A stretch of DNA of 63,458 bases, counting the filler, from Choristocarpus tenellus KU-1152 (lineage: Eukaryota > Protista > Phaeophyceae): the NCBI GenBank assembly GCA_964200185.2. It is 10 parts of 10 records of this genome, joined end to end, with 100 filler letters (N's around TTAATTAATTAA, not from the genome) between each part and the next. Parts side by side here need not be neighbours in the genome. Positions count along the whole stretch, not along the records: positions 1 to 6,616 come from CAXNAD020007744.1; positions 6,717 to 10,669 come from CAXNAD020016958.1; positions 10,770 to 15,082 come from CAXNAD020015160.1; 7 more parts are not named here. One strand, written 5' to 3'. This document shows, piece after piece, positions 1 through 11,749 of this stretch. Under the pieces are notes generated by a model. The model worked only from the letters and a program-made list of their open reading frames with translations. It was not told the DNA's origin and made no database searches. Position numbers and translations under genes: made by a program. Numbering within the stretch: position 1 is the first letter of the stretch; every line of letters begins with the position of its first letter.

Positions 1-485
1 TTTTTTTTTTTTTTTTTTTTATTTTTGTTGTTTTTGATGTACCTCCCCCCCCCCCCCCCCCCCCCGAGGCACCTTTTGATCTTGACCTTCTGCAATCCAA
101 CCCAACCCACCCCTCTGTTCTTGATGTCAATGTGACCTGTTTTTTAACTTGGTTATATAGTGTTTTCTGCAACGTGTTTTGATCAAGAGTGGTCTGTGTG
201 TTTGTGTGTGTTGTTTTTTACAATGAAATTTGTTTTCCTGGTGATTTTTTGTCATAAATACATTTTTTTGTTGTTGAGAATATTTGATTGCTGTACTGGC
301 TCTACATATTACCTTTTAATAGTTTTTTGTGTCTAATTTTATACTGGAGTATTATGTTTTTTATGATGGTAATTACTACTATTGTGTTCTGGCGGTCACT
401 ACAGGGTATACCCTTCCTGAGGTGAATTTGAAGGTGAATTTGTGAAATTCACGTTGATTGAAGATGATCTTGTTTCTGCTTGGCC

Positions 486-487
<2 letters not shown>

Positions 488-518
<31 letters not shown>
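488..518. repeat. (CACATA)n microsatellite
   Basis: About five tandem CACATA units are visible directly. Confidence 0.9.
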
Positions 519-822
519 CATGTATCTGTTGCCTGTCTCACTTGGCACTGATTGGTCCAAAGCACTGTTTGTCGTAGTTTTGTATCACTGCCTGCTGAGT
601 TGCTTTTGTCAAGTGCTTGACCCGAACAGGACATGCTCTTGTATGTCATGCACTCGAAATGCTTCCTGTGGTGCTACCCCTTCGTCATCAACCTCATTTT
701 GTTAAGGGTGTGGAGAGTTATCATGTGTTCTACGTTCATGCTCACATGTCAGTACATACACACACAACAACACAACACAAACATGCAGCCTTGTTGGCCC
801 ACTTCTTCCTCGTCCTCTCCAG

Positions 823-3800
823 TTCGGAGCACAAAGAATCCAAAGAAGATCTCGGAGGGTTGGGTAACGCTGGGCATCAGTCAAAAGAGGGCGGTTGAGA
901 TCATGGAGGATATTGCCTCCGGAAAAGCGGTTGACTTGGATGACGTCTACAGAGTAAGCCTCGCTATGTGTAGTACAGTTTATTCTTTTTTTTTGCCTGA
1001 AATTGCACGGTATGAAAGATACAAATGATGTTCATCTTTTTTTTCCAATTGTTTTTTTTAATGGTACAGCAGTGTTTGGGTTTCCGACTTGATAGTTAGT
1101 CCAGGGGGAAAAAAAAGATAAAAATTGGAAGTTTGTAGTTAATTGTAACAATTGTGCGTAATCTCTCTGGCTCTATTAGTGTGTGCACTGGGGAGCCACC
1201 TTTGTCGTTCTTTTTGAACTTTCCACATGAAAGATAGGGTTTTTTTCACACACAGATCAGAGTTAGGATTGGGGCTGTGTTTTTCAAAGGTTTGTGTGTA
1301 TGAAAAAGTTGAAGAGAGGTGAGGGTGACCCAAGGCACACTAATGTTGGTGGTAATGGTGCAATAACCATTATCTGTTGAAATCTCTCTTGTGTCAAAGA
1401 TTTGTTCCGTTTTAGTTACCCAATTCAAGACCTGATTGACACTCTGGCACAGTAACTTGTGGAATCTTCGGTGTTGACTGGCAGAGCTGATAAATTTTGC
1501 TAATAAGAGTACATCGTTAAATTCGAATGCTTGGCGGAGGTGTTACTTGGCAGTCAAGGGTACAGTGAATCCAAAATGCTGTCACAGACACTGACCTGAA
1601 GAAGGTATCGATACTGTTGGGGGGTTGCAGTACATTCTTACATGTTGTGGGTTTTGTCAATAGCAACAACAATTCATCACCCACAATTGAATAATGTCGA
1701 TGTTGGTTCAATAGATGCGCTCATCCTGTTGAATAGAACCTGCTCAGAGTCTTGAGTAAAGCAAAGGAGTTGAAATGAAATGTATTGCACTCATCTAAGG
1801 GGAAAGTTGAATGTCTAACAAAACTCGAAAATCGGAGAGACCCCAAGAGTAATAAAATGCCTCTTCGAGTTGTTGCCGAATTCCCATCGGTGCTCGACCA
1901 GTTCTGTATGAATCCGTAGTTAATGAAGTTGGTGTCTGATTTAAGGGCATTTCTTTTGTGATTCTTAAGTAGATAAATATCATTGTATCTACTTTGTACT
2001 TGGTATGGGTTGACTTTTTGTAAGTATAATATGTATATATGAAACTTTGCATCATGTCGCTAACAGGAGCGACTGACTCTGTGGCGCAACGGTAGCGCGT
2101 CAGATTCCAGACCTGAAGGTTGCGAGTTCGAATCTCGTCAGGGTCAAGGCTTTTTGGTTGAAGGGTGAAATTAAATGAAAGTGTAGTTTTTTATTTGAAT
2201 TCAAGGAAGCAAAGCTCTAGAGGTGGAACTTATTGTGGCGAATGTAAGCCACCAAAATTAAGGCATGCATGCAGAGGCCATTACAATTTGTCATTGTCAA
2301 AAGGTGGCTACGTTGTAGTTGAAGTGAGAATTGGTGTCATCCAGTGTGTAGTGTCTCTGACCAAGGGTTATACTTGTAGTTGATGGACTCAGTAAACTAA
2401 AAACAATGATAATAATAGAAACATTGTGTGGCAGATTGTGTTGCCATTGCACCCATCTTATTTTGGCAATACTCCAACATCATCACTCTATAATGAAGCA
2501 TCACCAACATGATTCTGTTTCCTGGATTTTTGTGGTGAAGCAACACCAAGGGTAGTGCAGGCTTACAATACATAGTGCTTGCCATATAGACTTGAGGATT
2601 GAAATACCTTGAGAGAAATCTGGCAATTAGTGGGTTTGAACTGTCTATAGCGTGTTCAAGCTTGATCATGCTCTCACAGACCCCCTCTACAAGGTTGCTT
2701 TCAGGAAATGGTATTGGATTTTGACGAACCGTTCCTTTTGTAGCTGGATGTAAATGATTCTGAGTTCTTTTTTTCAGTGGTGTGAATCGATACCTTTATA
2801 TCGGTCATTATCTCGCCGGGCGTATGCATGTGGTGGGGGGTTGCCCATTGAACTTCCCGATCGTTTTGCACAAGGTTGATTCTTCAGATTGACCCAAGCC
2901 GACCAATGAAACCCTCACAAGTAGTTTCGATTTACGGCACTACGTTTCGTAATACCCTCGCCTTCTCACTCCCTGTAGAGGGGACTTGTGCTGTTGCGGT
3001 TTTGATGCTTTTCGGTCCAGATTGCAGTTCATTATGAGCCCTGCTCTAAAGTGACACTTGGTCAGCAGAAGTCTCATAAAAAAGAAAAGAAAAACTAGCA
3101 AATGCTATTGATTTGGACTGTCCAGTGTTTGGCGTCCATTTCTTGGGAAGTGGTTTTGTCGCCTTATGACTAAATCAACAGAACAGATCCCTCATCGAGA
3201 AAGGACTCTGTTCTAGGGGGTTGGAATATTGAGCGGATAATGTTTTTACGATTTTAGTTGAATGGAAGCATTGATCTATGCTCTGAAGCACATTTTAGCA
3301 CTCCTTTCCAGATTTAGTTGGAAGCATTCTATCCACCTGCATTTTTTGCTTTGAAGATTGAAAAATGTACACAGTGTGGGAAAGAAGCGACTCCTTGGTT
3401 TTTCTGAGATTTCGTGTGCAGCTGAAACCTCTGAAAGAAAAAAGGAGGATGCGCAAGATCAAGTGACAAGAACGCCTTCACGGTCTAGAGTAACTCCAAC
3501 ATCACTGCCAACTTGTGGAATACCAAACTAAATGCCAGCATTCGCAAGTACGGTAGGGAACACTGACCACCCCATGTCAACCCCCATCCCCTCAACTAAG
3601 GACACACCAAAGACAAAGAAGCCTCCCAGTGGTGAGATTGAGGCTGAGAAGAAAGAGGAGGAGGCAAAGGCACAGTCGTATGAATGTACACAGTGCGGGT
3701 AAGATCAGTAGCAATGTGCTCATTCTCTCCTTCCCATAGCCATTACCCCTCTGAATGCTTAGTGCATTGCACTGTTCCGCTTGACTTTGCCTTGACTGTT

Positions 3801-4369
3801 GCTGCTCAACTAGTACACTCTCCTCTCGATCTCATTCACACCTAAAGGTTTACTCGTCCATTTTCTCCTTTGCCCAGGTTGTGTACACACAGATAGGTTT
3901 AAACCCTGAACACACCCCTTCCCCACACATCTATGAGTTGAGCCTTTGGTTGAACAATCTTGATGTGTTGTGTGTGGACTCATGTGAGAGGTGTAGCACT
4001 TAGTGATATTGACTGATGCTTGAGGGTTTTCTACAGGTTGTCACACTTTGTGCTGCTGGTAAGTCACTGACCCTGCTCCTGCTCTCTTCTGTTTATGGTG
4101 CTGAACCCTGATCCTTAGAATCCTCTTGGTGTAATGGATTCGTTCTCCTTTTCCCCTCCTCAGACACCCTCGTGTTGGCCTGCATCTGTCCCCTCTTTAT
4201 CATACTCCCTTCTCATTCTCTCTATTCTTTCCTTGCTCTTCCATTTTATTCTTGTTCCAGATATAAGATGTTTGTGGCCAAGGGTCGTGAATTTAAGTTC
4301 TTTGGGGATGACTTCAAGTGTCCAGAGTGTGGGGCAGGCAAGGACAAGTTTAAGGCAGAAGATGCGTAA
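823..4369 (+). CDS. 5'-partial spliced gene for a protein with a C-terminal rubredoxin-like domain
   Basis: Exons 823-953, 3601-3698 and 4261-4369 have phase-compatible GT-AG introns. They translate as ...RSTKNPKKISEGWVTLGISQKRAVEIMEDIASGKAVDLDDVYR|DTPKTKKPPSGEIEAEKKEEEAKAQSYECTQCG|YKMFVAKGREFKFFGDDFKCPECGAGKDKFKAEDA*. CxxCG...CPxCG is the rubredoxin signature. Joining the 823-953 exon is less certain than joining the last two. Confidence 0.8.
2075..2146 (+). tRNA. trnW-CCA: tRNA-Trp (anticodon CCA), intronless
   Basis: GACTCTG TG GCGC AACGGTA GCGC G TCAGA TTCCAGA CCTGA AGGTT GCGAG TTCGAAT CTCGT CAGGGTC A folds as a full cloverleaf with A and B boxes. A TTTTT Pol III terminator follows at 2151-2155. 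Confidence 0.95.
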
Positions 4370-6409
4370 TGTCTTGTCTTGAGGGAAAAATAGTAGAGGC
4401 AGAGCCAGTACCTCTCTTGGCCTGAAGGGTCAGGAAGAGGTGATGGAGGGGACCTCCATGCAACTATTGCCTCCCTATGGACGTATCCGTCCTTTCAACT
4501 GCAGATTTCTTCTTCAATGTAAGGAAATGCTTTGAAGGAGGAAAGTGTGTGAAGAAGAGATTATCTTTCCTCTGGGCTAGGATATCCTCCTCTGGATGTT
4601 GCATGCCATGCTCTCTTTACCCCCGCCTCTCAACCTTCTGGGTACCAGAGTTGGGGGACACTTTTGTAGTAGCACAAACATAGAGGACTGTCTACTCTTT
4701 TGTTGTGGAGAAGGGGACGACCACCTTAACCTAACGTTTAGCTTAGTGTGAATGTCTTGCAGGTCCTAAAGATGTGATGGGATAGACGTGGTAATGGGAT
4801 GAGGGGTAGAAAGGAGTGGAGGGAGATTAAACAAACACGTGTGGACATGGGCATAGAAGCCCTGCAACAAGCAGCTGTGAATGGGGGGGAAGGGATGGTT
4901 TGGGGTCCATGTTTGTGGAAATGTGTCTAAATGTTGTGTGAGAGTGCATACATGCATAGATAAGGGCCTGATGGATAGGGGGGTAGTACTTTGAGCTTCT
5001 TCCCTAAGAGTGTAGTTGTCCCTTTGACTGGCAGTTCGACTTTTAGCAAGGCATTTATGAGTTATTTGGCGTAATAGGAGGATAGGGAGGGATAATGAGT
5101 CTGACTTTCATGAGGGGGTGATGTGTTGACTTGATTGTGGTTTTATATCCTACTACAGGTTTGTAACAGAGGTTGACAACAATGCAAGCAAGTGGATGTG
5201 TTTTTTGGTTGGGTGATTGGATGAAACCTTGCTTGCTGTTGCTTTTGAGGTTACAGGGGTCACACTGGAATCAATGTTGTGGCACGTTTGTAAAATGCAC
5301 AGATGGGCTTGTTACTGAGACAGTCATGACAAATCGTATACTAAGTTCTCTGATGTCGTTACTATATCAAATCATATCATTATGAAGAGTTTGATTCTTG
5401 TGCAGAGTGTGAGTGGTTTTGTCCTGGCTGTGGTTGCTCATGCTTTGTGCTGTTTCGCTCCTTTGTGATAATGGAAGGGTATCTTTGTGGTTGGCACCTA
5501 CCTTCTGTATTCCAAGAAAAGACTTGAAGCGAGAAGGTATTGGTCTTGCATAACAATAACCTTAGCAGTGTCTACCCTGTATGCTTGCAATGCAAGATGT
5601 CAGGCATTGGATACTTTGACCATTACCTACCTGATGGTGACATTTTTTAGCTTGTGTGTCGCCCTTATTGGCATGTATCACAATAATAGTATTGTAATTT
5701 TGTTTTACCGATATTGAGTGTTACGACATGTATTGATCCTAAAATGTTGTATGTACTGTTTGTGGCTAGTCATGACTCCTGTACATGTCCCATTCAACGA
5801 TCATATTTATAGGATTTATGAATACTCCCGAATAAGTCCCAAAATGTTCCTAGTGGGAAAATCAACCAGCATAGCTCATCAAAGAGAGAAGCAGAATGCC
5901 AGGAAAGTCAACACCCAACAAAACTGTCTTGGAATGTGTCAAAAGTACGTTGTGCAATCGAGGTGCATCTCTTCTGAATCAGGTTTATGCTTACATTGAT
6001 TGCATGCGTGGGTAGGGAAGAAAGCAACGCAGTGAAATCACTCCATTGGCTCGTGTGACATAAAGAGGGGCAATAATTAGTTGTCTGAAAAATATTGCCT
6101 TTTGTACTATGTGTCCACACCCACTGAATTAGGGGTTGAATGTTGGCGATTATTTGTTGACCACATTATCATCCATGAGCTTAGAGAGGATGGGTGGGGA
6201 CGCAGGCAGTATCACAACAAAATTGAGATCACGAGGTGTTGGAGTATTTCGGAACCAGTAAAATGTCATGAAGATTTTCTTGTCGTTTTCGTTTTTTGGC
6301 AAATTGACACAAAATAATTTGTTGTCCTCACAAATTCTGGATTATTATTATTTTATTGTATGCTTGCACTCCTCCCTATTCCTTTTTCTCCCCACATTCT
6401 ATCAACCCT

Positions 6410-6616
6410 TGTTACCAACCAATGCAACCTCTTCGCCACTGATTTCCAGCCAACACCCACATCTGATGACCAACCAGGGCGAGCCCCCTTCGCCACTGAT
6501 TTCCCGTCACCCCCCACAACTGATGACCAGCCAGTGCCACCCATTTGCCACTGATTTCCAGTCACCCCCCCTATACGATGACCAACCAGTGCAGCCCCTC
6601 GCCACTGATTTTTAGT
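6410..6616. repeat. Minisatellite with 54-57 bp unit, running into a gap
   Basis: Core GCCACTGATTT occurs at 6435, 6492, 6547 and 6601; GATGACCA(A/G)CCAG recurs between the cores. Confidence 0.9.
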
Positions 6617-6716
6617 NNNNNNNNNNNNNNNNNNNNNNNNNNNNNNNNNNNNNNNNNNNNTTAATTAATTAANNNNNNNNNNNNNNNNNNNNNNNNNNNN
6701 NNNNNNNNNNNNNNNN
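6617..6716. other. Artificial contig linker N44-TTAATTAATTAA-N44 (first of nine)
   Basis: Identical 100-bp spacers with stops in all six frames at 6617-6716, 10670-10769, 15083-15182, 21778-21877, 34319-34418, 39942-40041, 45325-45424, 52911-53010 and 56986-57085. Confidence 0.97.
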
Positions 6717-6787
6717 TCTTGTTCTGTGCCCCCAGCCAACCAGAATTCTCCCGCCCACAAAACTCAGTTTACTTCATAAACTCTCAC

Positions 6788-6835
6788 TTTGACCTCCAAA
6801 TGGACGCGGTCCTACCCTCTAAGATTCTTTGACTC
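6788..6835 (-). mobile_element. MITE family A, single-end fragment
   Basis: CCAAATGGACGCGGTCCTACCCTCTAAGATTCTTTGACTC matches the terminus of the full copies. Confidence 0.75.
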
Positions 6836-9800
6836 AAGAATCCAGGCGAAATGACCATGATGAGATAGGGGAAGTGAGGAATGGTGAGGGTGCCTCCGTC
6901 CTCGAAGAGGACGGACTATCTCTTTCATCCCTGTTTTCCGGAGGAAGTGGAGGTAGTACGAAAGGGAATAATCCCTTTGAGGAAAATGAGGGGGAAGCTA
7001 ACACCTCCGATGGTAAGAACGACTATGGGATTACTATAGAATTTCTCCTAGATTGCGTCGATGCTTTGCTGAGAAATTGTTTTTAGAAGGAGTGCATCAG
7101 GAGCGGCTTTTTCAAAAATCGAAACCCGACAGTAATATCCAACGTCCTTAAGCAGGTGATTCACCGTCACGGATTCGTAACAGTGAAGACAGGGGTTAAG
7201 GCCAAACCCACCGTTGTTGATGGCTATTGTTATGTCCACCGCGCTATCCTCAAGGGGTGCCATGATCGGGGCGAGATCACAAGGCGCTCGTTGCAAATGG
7301 AGGATATCAATATCCTCATCAAGAGATAGGCCATGTTCCTTTGCGGTGTGGAAGCAGAGGAGTGGAGTGACCGATATTCGTCGCCTCATAACTTGTTGTG
7401 GCACATTCTGACAGAAGCGTTCCCCAAGTTTTGGGTTGGTGGAAGATGGAAGATGGATACCGTTTCCTAAGTTTCAAGGAGATGGAGAGGAAAATCCAAA
7501 GTAAGAACTAGAGTAGAGTATCAACCATTTTGGATTATTTCAATGATTGATTAGCGAAAGAGCGTAAACCACGGTCTTCGTAGGTCTGTATCGAACATGT
7601 TCACTTGTTGGATACTTATGTCAGTAGTTTGTACCGAGTCCATGTCTTTCAAATGTTTTGGTAATGGTGTTGTTGGGCTAGGAGACACTGTGATGTATTA
7701 TCGCCAACTACCCTCCTTAGAGATTGTTGCAACCTATACACACAAGATACGGTCTACGCTCCTAACGAGCGACTGTCAATGTGGACTTGATTGTTTTTCA
7801 GATGTTGATAGAGACTATGTTATCTTCGCGGAAGCATAATACTTCCCTAGGACTAGAGTAACAGTTTAACCTCTCTTGGTCGATAAATTAGATGCGTTTC
7901 GAGCGTGTGTAAAATGCTGTTGCTCTGTGTCGAGACAGATCGATGTGTTGTCGATGCTGTCTTCCCAAAAAAAAATCAATGCAATCTTCAGACCCAATAT
8001 CTACACTCCATACTCATGTATTAGGTGACTGGCAATGTAAAGTAGACCTTGAATGATTTGGCGATAGGTAGTGCAGATGTTACTCTTTTCGGGAGTGTAG
8101 AATTACTTGTGTTTTACAAATGTAACACCCTCTCTTGGTTAATCGAGTAGTTGTGTTTCGTATTTGTATGGAATGATTTTGCTGGATGTTGAGGCAGTGA
8201 TGTGTGTTGTGGTTGATGGTTTCACCATTGGGTGTTAAAGATAACTGCAATCTTTAACGCCCGACATGTATTCCATGTTCATACGTTCCACGGCTCGCAA
8301 TGTAGTGTATACCTTAGATTATTTTGAGGTATTGAGCCAAAATTGATTCTTCTTAGACGATGTCTTGCGTGTGTGTTGTGTAACAGTTCAGCCTCTCTTC
8401 CTCAGGACAAGTGCTTCCTCAGATGTTCATGGCCTCTCGATTTGTTCTCGCCTATTTACTTTAGAGTAGGACAGTTTGCATCGAAAGCTTCAATGTGATT
8501 CGAGTCTGTGAAAGGGAAAGTTTTTGAGGTGTCACCTACATGTGCAGATAAGAATGTGTGTGGTGTCCGCATAGGTAATATTTTCACCATCATGGACAAA
8601 ACCGTGTTTGAAAGTGGTGGATTGTGAGAAATGTTTCAAAGGTAAACTTAGATACACCTCGATTTTTTAAAGGCTAAGAGTTTTATCCCACAGTATCTAA
8701 TGCTACACTCGTTAATATTTCCCACCAAGCATATGCTTTTTTCAATGCACTTCATTCAATAAGATCAGAGCACAGGAGTGCATCTCTTCTTCATTTCCAT
8801 CTCCCACTTCCGCGCACGTTCATCCTGTACTGAGTCTGTAACATATAGGAAAGATTTTGACTCGTCCACGACATGTGCAGATGTCCGTTTATGTGGTGTC
8901 CACTTGGGTGTGAAAATGTATCCGATCTCATGTAAAACCATGTTCAACAGTGGTGCACTGTCACATATGCTTCAAGGGTCATCATATATATACACCTCCG
9001 TTTTCTTGAGGCTAACAGCTTTTTTAACCACTAACACTACATGTATTTACCATATGCAACTATACATCTATATTTTATAACGCACTACATTCGATAGGAT
9101 CAGAGGCAAGGACTGCCACCCACATACGTTTAGCCCCCCACCTCGGCACACATTCTTTCTGTGTTTGCGCATTACCTGCTGCTGCCATCTGACAAGTAAC
9201 TCGACCCTACCCTCACGAACTGACCAAAAGTGGAAATGAAAATTCATATGGAAATGCAATTTTGTCATACTCCATTAATACTTGCACGATACCCGTTTTA
9301 TTTACTCACATATGTTTCTTTATATGCACTCAGTACAATGGGACCAGGACAAAACGACTTCAGTTCAACGTTGGGGCCATCCCCTTATTCCTTGCCATCC
9401 CCTTATTCCTTGTCATCCCCTTAAGTTGTTCCATCCCAAGTTCACTGCTAAATTACGATGAAATTTCAATGAGAGAACCGGTTCATTGTGACACCACACC
9501 CCACCAGGGCGCAACAAATATGTTTAGTTCATCCTTACCCAGGAATCCCCTCCATATGTTCGCATCTTCTAAATGCATTTATCATTCTCATCGCACATAA
9601 TAGGTCGCAATAACTAATGCAAAAACTAACAAATTGCATACATTACCATCAAACTAGAATGGCAATGCCATCCTCCAAAAAAAATGGATACGATAATACT
9701 CCTGGCAATATCCCATAATCCGTTTTTTCTTTGCGACATAAAAGATTCTGCTCGCTCTTTGCTTGGTTGTCCTCGCGGTGACCCGCCCATTCTTGTTGCG

Positions 9801-9963
9801 TTTGTGCTCTTCACTGTCCTGCTTGGCAAAAATTGTCCTACGATCAAACTCGGTCAAATTGCCACCAACTCAAAATTTAAACGCAACTTCATCAAACAGG
9901 CATATCGTCATCGCATGTATGAAACCACAAAAATTGGGCACACCAGCAATTCACAACGATTGA

Positions 9964-10227
9964 GAGTCAAAGAATCTTAGATGGTAGAGACGTGTCCATT
10001 TGGGGGCCAAAATCTAATGTTGCAATTTTGATGTAATTTTGGCTATCGTGTTTGTTAGAGAAGATGTCAATATATCCTTTTTCCGGACACACCTTTTCAT
10101 AGCGTATACATTTCACCTATCCGAAATATTTTGGAGTGTAGGTAAATTGTCATTAAAAACCCAGGGGAATCCGCGTCCCAAACGGAGAAACAGGGCAAAA
10201 TTCGTACCCTCTAAGATACTTTCACTC
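9964..10227 (+). mobile_element. MITE family A, full copy with TTGA 4-bp TSD
   Basis: TIRs GAGTCAAAGAATCTTAGATGGTA ... TACCCTCTAAGATACTTTCACTC; TTGA at 9960-9963 and 10228-10231. Confidence 0.9.
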
Positions 10228-10309
10228 TTGATACGATGACAAAACCAAAAAGAAGCAACTTCTGAAAGGTGCGCCTGTGAACCGAGGTTATCCACACTCG
10301 CCAACTAAC

Positions 10310-10396
10310 ATGCTTTCCATAGTTACATAACAAATCGTTACATCGAATTCTGGACCCCATTTGGACGGGGCCGTACCCTCTCAGGTACTTTGGCTC
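10310..10396 (-). mobile_element. Divergent MITE end related to families A and B
   Basis: Reverse complement reads GAGCCAAAGTACCTGAGAGGGTACGGCCCCGTCCAAATGGGG, the same bipartite terminus. Confidence 0.6.
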
Positions 10397-10769
10397 AATT
10401 ATTAGATTTGAATATTGAACCTGTCCGGTTCCACCCTCACGCCGGGTCCAGGACAGATACAGCAACCAACCCTACCAGTCACGCATATCCCCATGTTCAC
10501 ATCCCGACCACACACCCATGCTGCAATAAATCTCTATGTCCGTGTACACTGCCGCCAAGGCGCTGTTCTCTAGACTTGGCATTGCCGCCCCCAGCATGGC
10601 CACCAAAGATTACATTGTTCAGATGATCAAGGACAAAATATGCAGAGCTGAGGGCGGATAATCTCATGANNNNNNNNNNNNNNNNNNNNNNNNNNNNNNN
10701 NNNNNNNNNNNNNTTAATTAATTAANNNNNNNNNNNNNNNNNNNNNNNNNNNNNNNNNNNNNNNNNNNN

Positions 10770-11104
10770 GCCATGTCGTCAGGGCAAAGGTCTTACAGAA
10801 AATCTACATCCTTAGTCTCATGAAAACCCAGTTGCTACTACATATGCCTTGTATCACACTACGGCATCTTCTTTGCCTCATCCATACCAAATCTCTTGAC
10901 AAACAAATATGTATTTTTTGTTTTCTGCTCTAATAAAATTTCTGCTTCATATCCCAATCCTGCAATTCCAGGTATGTAATTAATTGCCAAAAACAAATCT
11001 TAAACGAACAGGCCATGTCGTCAGGGAAAAGGTCTTACAGAAAATCTAAATCCTTAGTCTCATGAAAACCCAGTTGCTACTACACATGCCTTGTATCACA
11101 CTAC
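10770..11104. repeat. Near-identical 93-bp direct repeat with 242-bp period, abutting a gap
   Basis: GCCATGTCGTCAGGG...GTATCACACTAC at 10770-10862 and 11012-11104. Confidence 0.9.
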
Positions 11105-11322
11105 CTTACCAAATTTATTGCACTTGTGCTAGTGAATCTATTTTTGTGCAAATTATCCTGCGTCCGTGGAGTAACACGGCCTCCACCCAACTGTCATTCA
11201 AATAACAAACCAGACATCTCTTCTGCACTAGTTCGATCCTATAAATCATATTCAGGAGAGCTATGTGCTGCTATTACAGTCTTGGGTTCTAGAGGGAATT
11301 CATCCGCTAACATTATAAAAGA

Positions 11323-11722
11323 GAGTGAAAGAATCTTGGAGGGTACGAGTTTATCCCTGTTTGTCCATTTGGGCTTGGTTTCTTTCGGGGTTTTTATGAC
11401 ATTTTTCTACTCCATAATATCTCGGATAGGTAAAATGCATACATTATGAAAAGGTGTCTTCAGAACAAGGATATTGACAACTACTAACAAACACAATAGC
11501 CAAATTTACATCAAAATCGCAACATTGGATTTTGGTCCCCAAATGGACGCGGCTCTACCCTCTAAGATACTTTGGCTCATGCATACGTTATGAAAAGGTG
11601 TATCCGGAAGAAGAACATTGACACTCCTAAAAAACACGATAGCCAAAATTACGTCACAATCGCAACATTTAATTCTGGACCCAAAATTGACGCGGCTCTA
11701 CCCTCTAAGATACTTTTGACTC
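11323..11722 (-). mobile_element. MITE family A, full copy (11323-11578) plus adjacent half copy (11579-11722)
   Basis: GAGTGAAAGAATCTT...AAGATACTTTGGCTC is followed immediately by a repeat of the distal half ending AAGATACTTTTGACTC. Confidence 0.88.
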
Positions 11723-11749
11723 CCATGGGGGCAACAAAATTTCAGTGGT

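Noticed and set aside
2397-2669. Possible copia RT/RNase H remnant in the intron
   Set aside because: Only vague resemblance; no intact motif.
3359-3385. EKCTQCGK-like copy of the rubredoxin exon end (alternative exon?)
   Set aside because: The match is about 20 bp, lacks the GT donor and has no supporting open exon; likely chance or a tiny duplication.
6661-6672. TTAATTAATTAA as a biological repeat, PacI site or piggyBac target
   Set aside because: It is always centred in exactly 44+44 Ns, so it is an assembly spacer.
9374-9423. 18-bp tandem GCCATCCCCTTATTCCTT x~3 (also 16-bp x2 at ~17681, 10-bp at ~38289, ~41-bp at ~45722)
   Set aside because: Ordinary slippage repeats with no unique spacers, so not CRISPR.
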